From Clostridia bacterium (GTDB lineage Bacteria; Bacillota; Clostridia; UMGS1883): a stretch of DNA of 64,000 nt. The DNA lies in NCBI GenBank assembly GCA_017411435.1, contig JAFQQD010000027.1, positions 2,926 through 66,925 of the forward strand. Reading direction: 5' to 3'. The position numbers and the translations under genes are program-made. Positions within the stretch are counted from its first letter, which is position 1, and each line of letters begins with the position of its first letter. Under the pieces are notes generated by a model. That model saw nothing but the letters and a program-made list of their open reading frames with translations. It was not told the origin of the DNA and made no database searches. Positions 57,971 to 64,000 of this stretch are shown here, in pieces.

Positions 57971-59110
57971 TTAACAACATTCCTTTACAATTTCTCTGGC
58001 AAAAGAATCAGCGTCTGCGATATCCTCAAGAGTTGCATTTTCTATCCTGGGAGCTTTTTGCATCGCTTTTTCTATAAGCTCAGTAATTTGGGTAAATTTA
58101 CATTCGCCTTTCAAAAACTTTTCTACAGCAGCTTCGTTTGCGCCGTTATATACTGCACACATCACGCCGCCATCCTTTGCTGCCTTTTTTGCAAGTTCCA
58201 CTGCCGGGAATGCCTCGTTATCTATGTTATAAAAAGAAAGGTTTGAAATTTCTACTAAATCAAGAGGTTTTGTAACCGGAACACTTCTTTCAGGATACGA
58301 CAAAGCGTAGCTGATGGGAAGCTTCATATCAGGAACTCCTAACTGTGCAATAACACTTCCGTCACAGAATTCAACTAATGAATGGATTATGCTCTCCCTA
58401 TGAACGACAGGTTGAATATAATCCACACCGATATCAAAAAGATGCGTAGCCTCAATTATTTCAAGTCCCTTATTCACAAGAGTTGCACTATCAACAGTTA
58501 TTTTTGCACCCATATTCCAATTTGGGTGTTTGAGTGCCATTTCAGGAGTTACAGCAGTAAGGAAAATTCTGTCCTTTCCAAAAAAAGGTCCTCCTGATGC
58601 TGTTATTATGATTTTCTTAAGGAACTTTTCCTGATTTGATATGGACTGAAAAATAGCACTGTGTTCACTATCAACAGGTATAATTTCAGCATTATACTCT
58701 TTTGCTGATTTTTTAACAATTTCGCCTGCTGTTACAAGCGTTTCCTTATTTGCAAGTGCAATTCGCTTTCCTTTTGAAATTGCGCTGAGTGTAGGTTTTA
58801 ACCCTGCAATACCCACTATCGCAGTTACAACTGTGTCTGCATCGTTGTCTGCTGCACACTCACATACTCCGTCAATTCCCGAAAGAACCAAAGTCCCTGT
58901 ATCTGCAACACGGACCTTGAGATCTTTAGCGGCCCTTTCATCTGTCATACTCACTTTTTTAGGAGCATATTTACGGATTTGACTTTCCATAAGGGCAACA
59001 TTTGAGTGGGCGCTAAGGGTTTCCACCTGATATTCTTTTGTAATATCAACCACATCAAGTGTTTGAGTTCCTATTGAGCCTGTTGAACCAAGTACAGAAA
59101 TTTTTTTCAT
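57971..59110 (-). CDS. dxr: 1-deoxy-D-xylulose 5-phosphate reductoisomerase
   Basis: GSTGSIG, LANKE, PVDSEHSAI, HPNWNMGAKIT.DSAT..NKGLE. Confidence 0.97.
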   Translation of the reverse strand: MKKISVLGSTGSIGTQTLDVVDITKEYQVETLSAHSNVALMESQIRKYAPKKVSMTDERAAKDLKVRVADTGTLVLSGIDGVCECAADNDADTVVTAIVGIAGLKPTLSAISKGKRIALANKETLVTAGEIVKKSAKEYNAEIIPVDSEHSAIFQSISNQEKFLKKIIITASGGPFFGKDRIFLTAVTPEMALKHPNWNMGAKITVDSATLVNKGLEIIEATHLFDIGVDYIQPVVHRESIIHSLVEFCDGSVIAQLGVPDMKLPISYALSYPERSVPVTKPLDLVEISNLSFYNIDNEAFPAVELAKKAAKDGGVMCAVYNGANEAAVEKFLKGECKFTQITELIEKAMQKAPRIENATLEDIADADSFAREIVKECC

Positions 59111-59128
59111 ATGAATACCTGCTTTGAA

Positions 59129-59932
59129 TCAGAAAAATATCGGGAAAAATTCCAGGATGTAATAAAGTGCCGGTGCTACAAAAAGAAGACTGTCAAATCT
59201 ATCCATAACTCCTCCATGACCGGGCATAATGTTACCAAAATCCTTTATATTGTGTTCCCTTTTAATTATCGATGCACAAAGGTCACCGAACTGAGAAAGA
59301 ACACCTGCAACAAGTCCAATAATAATTGCAGAATAAATGTTTACTGACTTATCCATTATATTGCCTGCAATCAATGAATATGCAACAATAATAACGATAA
59401 CACCAAAAATGCCACCTATTGAGCCTTCTATAGTCTTCTTTGGACTGATTTCAGGTGCAAGTTTGTGCTTTCCAAAGAAATATCCCGCAAAATATGCACA
59501 TGAATCAGTAATCCAGCTACCTATAAGCACTACAAGCACATCAAGATTTTCGTTACCAAGTCTCCTTACGAGAGATACATGAAGGAACGAAATTGAAAAA
59601 ATTACTGAAACTGCAATATAGAGAGCTGTATCTGTAAAAGAATATCTACCCTTACTAAATAGCATCGTAATCATGAATATAGCTATAAAGAGGAAAATAA
59701 GTGAATGTAGATATTCTGCGGAGAAGTATGAAACGCTCATAAGAGCCGCCGGCATCAATACGGAAATAGCAGTCATTTTTTTATTTTTACTAAGTCCGAT
59801 TGCATTTATAACCTCATAAATAGCCATGGCTGAAATAAGAGTTACCACTACATCGAAAACAAGTTGATTTCCAAGCAAAACAAGAACAAGTATTATTATT
59901 CCAAAAAAAGCACTGATTACTCTTTGCTTCAT
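59129..59932 (-). CDS. cdsA: Phosphatidate cytidylyltransferase
   Basis: ISPKKTIEG, SIIKR...IKDFG..MPGHGGVMDRFDS. Confidence 0.95.
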   Translation of the reverse strand: MKQRVISAFFGIIILVLVLLGNQLVFDVVVTLISAMAIYEVINAIGLSKNKKMTAISVLMPAALMSVSYFSAEYLHSLIFLFIAIFMITMLFSKGRYSFTDTALYIAVSVIFSISFLHVSLVRRLGNENLDVLVVLIGSWITDSCAYFAGYFFGKHKLAPEISPKKTIEGSIGGIFGVIVIIVAYSLIAGNIMDKSVNIYSAIIIGLVAGVLSQFGDLCASIIKREHNIKDFGNIMPGHGGVMDRFDSLLFVAPALYYILEFFPIFF

Positions 59933-59959
59933 AATGTAATCTTCCTTTCAGAAAGAGTA

Positions 59960-60715
59960 TTAAACTCCTCCAAATCTTCTGTTTCTTTTCTGGTAATCAG
60001 ATATTGCCTCAAGTAATTCCTTCTTTGAAAAATCGGGCCAGAGACAATCTGAAAACCAAAGTTCGCTGTAAGCACCCTGCCACATAAGGAAATTGCTTAG
60101 TCTGAATTCGCCACTGGGGCGGATAATAAGATCAGGATCTGGCTGCCCGCTTGTGTAAAGGTGCTTTGAAATAGTATCTTCTGTAATTTCATCAGGGTTA
60201 ATTTCCCCATTTTTTACTTCCTCAGCTATTTGTTTAACCGCATTCGTGAGCTCGGCACGACCTCCGTAATTAAGTGCAACATTAAGTAAAAGACCACCGT
60301 TATCACGAGTGGCCTTTTCCATGTGCGCAAGTTTCTTTTGAAACTTATCGGAAAAGGCAGCTGAATCTCCAATAAAGTGTATCTTAACATCGCGTCCTGC
60401 AATACGCTCAAGACCATTATCAAGATAATCTTCCAGAAGGCTCATTAAAGCGTCTACCTCATCTTTAGGCCTGCTCCAGTTTTCTGTCGAAAACGCATAA
60501 ACCGTAACAACCTTGATGCCGATATCGCCTGCATCTTCAATAATTTTTTCAAAAGTTTTTGCTCCTGCAGCATGACCGCCTGAACGAGGAAGGCCGCGTT
60601 TTTTTGCCCAACGGCCGTTCCCGTCCATAATTATACCGATATGCTGCGGTAAATTTTCAAGGTCCACCTTATGCTCATCCTGCTTGAATAAGTTTTTTAG
60701 TTTAAGCATAATCAT
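59960..60715 (-). CDS. uppS: Undecaprenyl diphosphate synthase
   Basis: IMDGNGRWA, YAFSTENW.RP, IRPSGE.RLSNF. Confidence 0.96.
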   Translation of the reverse strand: MIMLKLKNLFKQDEHKVDLENLPQHIGIIMDGNGRWAKKRGLPRSGGHAAGAKTFEKIIEDAGDIGIKVVTVYAFSTENWSRPKDEVDALMSLLEDYLDNGLERIAGRDVKIHFIGDSAAFSDKFQKKLAHMEKATRDNGGLLLNVALNYGGRAELTNAVKQIAEEVKNGEINPDEITEDTISKHLYTSGQPDPDLIIRPSGEFRLSNFLMWQGAYSELWFSDCLWPDFSKKELLEAISDYQKRNRRFGGV

Positions 60716-61266
60716 ATTTCCATTATTTCTTTATTTTTCTTCTCAGCAATCTTGTCGATTTCCTTAATCTGAGCATCTACGATATCCTGAATATCTTTTT
60801 CAATGCCCTTAAGGTCGTCTTCTGTAATTTCACTCTTTTTCTTCATTGCTTTGAATTTTTCAATCTCATCTCTTCTGATACCGCGAATTACAACCTTGCA
60901 GTCTTCTGATTTCTTTGCTACTGTCTTTGTAAGTTCCTTACGGCGGTCCTCAGTAAGCTGAGGGAAAGAAAGACGGATTACTTTGCCGTCATTCTGAGGA
61001 TTGATTCCAAGCTCTGAAGCAAGAATCGCCTTTTCAATATCTTTGATAAGAGTTGCGTCCCAGGGCTGGATTGCAATTGTTCTTGCATCAGGTGTAGAAA
61101 CAGCCGCAACCTGAGGTATCGGTGTCATTGTGCCGTAATAGTCAACACTGATTCTGTTAAGAACAGTTGTGTTAGCTCTTCCTGCACGAATAGAACCGAG
61201 ATCGTCTACAAAATAATTAATTGCCTTTTCGATTTTTGCTGAAAGTTCCGGATAATCGTTTTTCAT
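60712..61266 (-). CDS. frr: Ribosome recycling factor
   Basis: IRAGRA, GINPQNDG, LTEDRRKEL. Confidence 0.96.
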   Translation of the reverse strand: MKNDYPELSAKIEKAINYFVDDLGSIRAGRANTTVLNRISVDYYGTMTPIPQVAAVSTPDARTIAIQPWDATLIKDIEKAILASELGINPQNDGKVIRLSFPQLTEDRRKELTKTVAKKSEDCKVVIRGIRRDEIEKFKAMKKKSEITEDDLKGIEKDIQDIVDAQIKEIDKIAEKKNKEIMEI

Positions 61267-61303
61267 TGTTTGTTCCTCCATAATATATAAATATAAATAA
61301 AAA

Positions 61304-62011
61304 TTATGAATAGATAAGTGTGCCTATTTCCTCACCGTTGAGAACGCGCTTAATGTTGTCCGGATCAGAAAGACCGAACACGCGAATGGGCATCTTGTTA
61401 TCCATGCAAAGAGATGTCGCGGTTGTATCCATGACACCGAGTCCTTTATTGAGGACATCTATATAAGATATAGAGTCGAACTTTGCCGCATCGGGATTGG
61501 TTGCAGGATCGCTGTCATATACGCCATCAACTTTCTTTGCAAGAAGTATTGCGTCAGCATCAATTTCAGCCGCGCGAAGTGCTGCTGTTGTATCTGTCGA
61601 GAAGAACGGGTTACCTGTACCGCAACCGAAGATTACGACCCTTCCCTTTTCAAGATGGCGCACTGCTCTGCCTCTTATGTATGTTTCAGCAATCTGCTTC
61701 ATTTCAATAGCTGTCTGCACCCTCGTAGGTACTCCGTTGCGCTCAAATGCATCACAAAGAGCAAGAGAATTAATTACAGTTGCAAGCATACCCATATGGT
61801 CCGCACGGGTGCGTTCCATATTTTCACCTGTCCTTCCGCGCCAGAAATTACCGCCGCCTACAACAACTGCAATTTCTACGCCCATCTTTACACACTCTTT
61901 AATTGTTTTAGCAATACTATCAAGAGTTTTTTCATCAAGGCCAAAACCTTTATCCCCGGCAAGAGCCTCGCCGCTCATTTTAATAAGTACCCTTTTATAT
62001 TTCTTCTGCAT
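61304..62011 (-). CDS. pyrH: UMP kinase
   Basis: [34 protein letters not shown]. Confidence 0.97.
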   Translation of the reverse strand: MQKKYKRVLIKMSGEALAGDKGFGLDEKTLDSIAKTIKECVKMGVEIAVVVGGGNFWRGRTGENMERTRADHMGMLATVINSLALCDAFERNGVPTRVQTAIEMKQIAETYIRGRAVRHLEKGRVVIFGCGTGNPFFSTDTTAALRAAEIDADAILLAKKVDGVYDSDPATNPDAAKFDSISYIDVLNKGLGVMDTTATSLCMDNKMPIRVFGLSDPDNIKRVLNGEEIGTLIYS

Positions 62012-62131
62012 AAAACCACAGCCTTTCCTTTGTACTTTACTTATACACATCCATTTTAACATATTTAATTGCAATTTGTAAATATCTATAGTATAATAAG
62101 TTAAAATATTTTTTAAGTGAGGTGTTGAAAA

Positions 62132-63043
62132 ATGGGCGAATTCCCTCGTATTTGGAAAAATCTGGTAAATTCAGAAACGGGACTTCCTGTTGTTGTTAAA
62201 TCGGTACAGAAGATTATGGATGCAAGACATCATCCTGACCATATAAGCCTCCACGACGAATTCGAACTTGTTTATATGCAGGAAATTGACCGCGGAACCT
62301 TTTATATTGACGACAAAACCGTAAGCGTGCGTACAGATGACCTGCTTCTTATAAAGCCAAGAATCCCTCATTACCTTAAAGTTGAATGTACCCGTCCTTG
62401 TAGGTTTGTGGTACTTAAGTTCTCGTTTGCCCAAAGCGATGAAACGAATATTTCAGATATAAGTGCAAATGATTTCCTCTCATTTATTTCGGAAAACAAC
62501 GATTTTGGTGGATTTTTCAAGCTTTCCAGTAATTACTGCTCCACTATTTCGACAATAATGCAACAGATTATGCATGAAGACAAATCTCCCGATGGCGAAA
62601 GCGCGTTTCTGCGAAGTCTTCTTACCATGGAACTTTTTGTATGGCTGAGTCGAAGTCTTCGCGAACAGTGGGAAACCAACCTTTCCACAAAGGGGCATAA
62701 ATTACAGGAAATATTGGAATCCGCACGAGCATATATAAACAATAATTACAATAATGATATTTCTCTTTCCGATATTGCAGGTTATGTTTATCTTTCCACA
62801 AGTCATTTCGCCAGAGCTTTCAAAAAACACTATGGAACTAGTCCCATTCAGTATCTTCTAAGTGTTCGCATCGAGAAAGCTAAATCTCTTCTTGAGGAAA
62901 CGAATCTTAAAGTCGGTGATATAGCCTTATCTGTAGGTTTTAGTGCTCAGCAGCGATTTAATGATATATTCAAAAAACATCTGGATGTTTCTCCGAGCGA
63001 ATACAGACAGAAATATAAGGAAAATCTGCTTAACAAAGAATAA
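62132..63043 (+). CDS. AraC-family regulator (cupin plus HTH)
   Basis: H.H..FEL; C-terminal SLSDIA...S.SHF.R.FKK..G.SP..Y and GFS....F...FKK. Confidence 0.93.
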   Translation: MGEFPRIWKNLVNSETGLPVVVKSVQKIMDARHHPDHISLHDEFELVYMQEIDRGTFYIDDKTVSVRTDDLLLIKPRIPHYLKVECTRPCRFVVLKFSFAQSDETNISDISANDFLSFISENNDFGGFFKLSSNYCSTISTIMQQIMHEDKSPDGESAFLRSLLTMELFVWLSRSLREQWETNLSTKGHKLQEILESARAYINNNYNNDISLSDIAGYVYLSTSHFARAFKKHYGTSPIQYLLSVRIEKAKSLLEETNLKVGDIALSVGFSAQQRFNDIFKKHLDVSPSEYRQKYKENLLNKE

Positions 63044-63086
63044 ATTGCTCCCTCTTCACAATACTAGTATCAGGAGGCGAAATATT

Positions 63087-63440
63087 GTGAATTATTTATG
63101 GGCATTTATTATCGGTGGCATAATATGTTCTATCGGTCAGTTTTTTATAGACAAAACTGCACTTACACCCGCAAAACTCCTGACGGGATATGTTTGCAGC
63201 GGCGTCTTTCTATCGCTCTTTGGAATATATGAAAAGCTTGAAAAATTTGCAGGAGCAGGTGTAACAGTTCCTCTTACAGGCTTTGGACACACGCTTTTTC
63301 AAGGCGTTAAAAAAGCAGTGGAAAAAGATGGATTTCTAGGAATTTTTACCGGAGGTCTTACTGCTACTGCCGGCGGAATTACCGCAGCAATTTTCTTCGC
63401 TCTGATTGCATCTTTAATTTTCAAGCCTAATTCAAAATAG
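63087..63440 (+). CDS. spoVAE: Stage V sporulation protein AE
   Basis: YLWAFIIGG.IC.IGQ, AGAGVTVPLTGFG, IFKP; GTG start after AGGAGG. Confidence 0.9.
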   Translation: MNYLWAFIIGGIICSIGQFFIDKTALTPAKLLTGYVCSGVFLSLFGIYEKLEKFAGAGVTVPLTGFGHTLFQGVKKAVEKDGFLGIFTGGLTATAGGITAAIFFALIASLIFKPNSK

Positions 63441-63509
63441 GTATGGACAAAACAAAACAATGAGAGTATAATATTATAAAACAAATGAAGAAGGACGGTG
63501 CTGAAAAAA

Positions 63510-64000
63510 ATGAATAACTTTACTGTTATGAATCATCCCTTAATTTCTCATAAGCTTTCCATTTTGCGCCACAAGGATACCGGCGGAAAGGAATTTCGTG
63601 AACTGGTAAGCGAAATTGCTATGCTTATCTGTTATGAAGCGACACGCGATATGAAAACAACACCTGTGGATATCCCTACACCTCTTATGACCGCAAAGTG
63701 CGAGATGATTACTACTGAAAAGCCTGTTTTAGTACCTATTCTCCGTGCAGGCCTCGGAATGGTTGACGGTATGCTTACTATTCTTCCTTCTGCAAAAATC
63801 GGACATATTGGTATGTGTCGTAACCATGAAACATTAGAGCCTGAGCAGTATTATTGCAATCTTCCTGCGGATATTTCTGAAAGAACTGTGTTTGTTCTCG
63901 ACCCAATGCTTGCAACCGGTGGTTCTCTTGCTGCTGCAATTTCTATTCTTAAAGAAAAAGGCGCAAAGAAGATTAAGGTTTTAAGTATTGTTGGTGCACA
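63510..64000 (+). CDS. upp: Uracil phosphoribosyltransferase (3'-truncated; not in the ORF track)
   Basis: My translation gives MNNFTVMNHPLISHKL, VPILRAGLGM and DPMLATGGS. Confidence 0.95.
   Translation, partial: MNNFTVMNHPLISHKLSILRHKDTGGKEFRELVSEIAMLICYEATRDMKTTPVDIPTPLMTAKCEMITTEKPVLVPILRAGLGMVDGMLTILPSAKIGHIGMCRNHETLEPEQYYCNLPADISERTVFVLDPMLATGGSLAAAISILKEKGAKKIKVLSIVGA

Noticed and set aside
61497-62081. 194-aa plus-strand ORF
   Set aside because: Antisense shadow of pyrH; the same applies to most short overlapping ORFs in the track

Overview
Chromosomal segment of a spore-forming, Clostridia-like Firmicute (spoIIA, spoIIG, cotJ, spoVAE, Gram-positive PTS/HprK). Most of the window is ordinary housekeeping DNA: the purine operon, perR-rubrerythrin-ferritin, sporulation genes, kdgK-eda, tRNA-Ser, ptsHI, trkAH, and a long minus-strand dnaE..pyrH cluster. 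The exception is a ~12.7 kb AT-rich integrated element (about 11435-24177). It sits inside the 3' end of the rubrerythrin gene and supplies a recoded replacement C-terminus; the displaced host end lies at 24161-24211. By manual scan the element is almost free of CG (about 5 occurrences) and lacks GATC, CATG, CTAG and RGCY, all common in the flanks except CTAG, which occurs there but is scarcer. It carries an Int/Xis/Xre switch, a RepL-like protein, and a second tyrosine recombinase beside a hairpin-dense intergenic region (candidate recombinase-type relaxase plus oriT). It also has two 147-bp structured direct repeats, an array of small ORFs each led by a Shine-Dalgarno plus covarying hairpin, and an EcoRI-family MTase / DUF262-HNH / membrane-protein operon. 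All motif counts are by eye and all protein calls come from motif recognition, not database searches.
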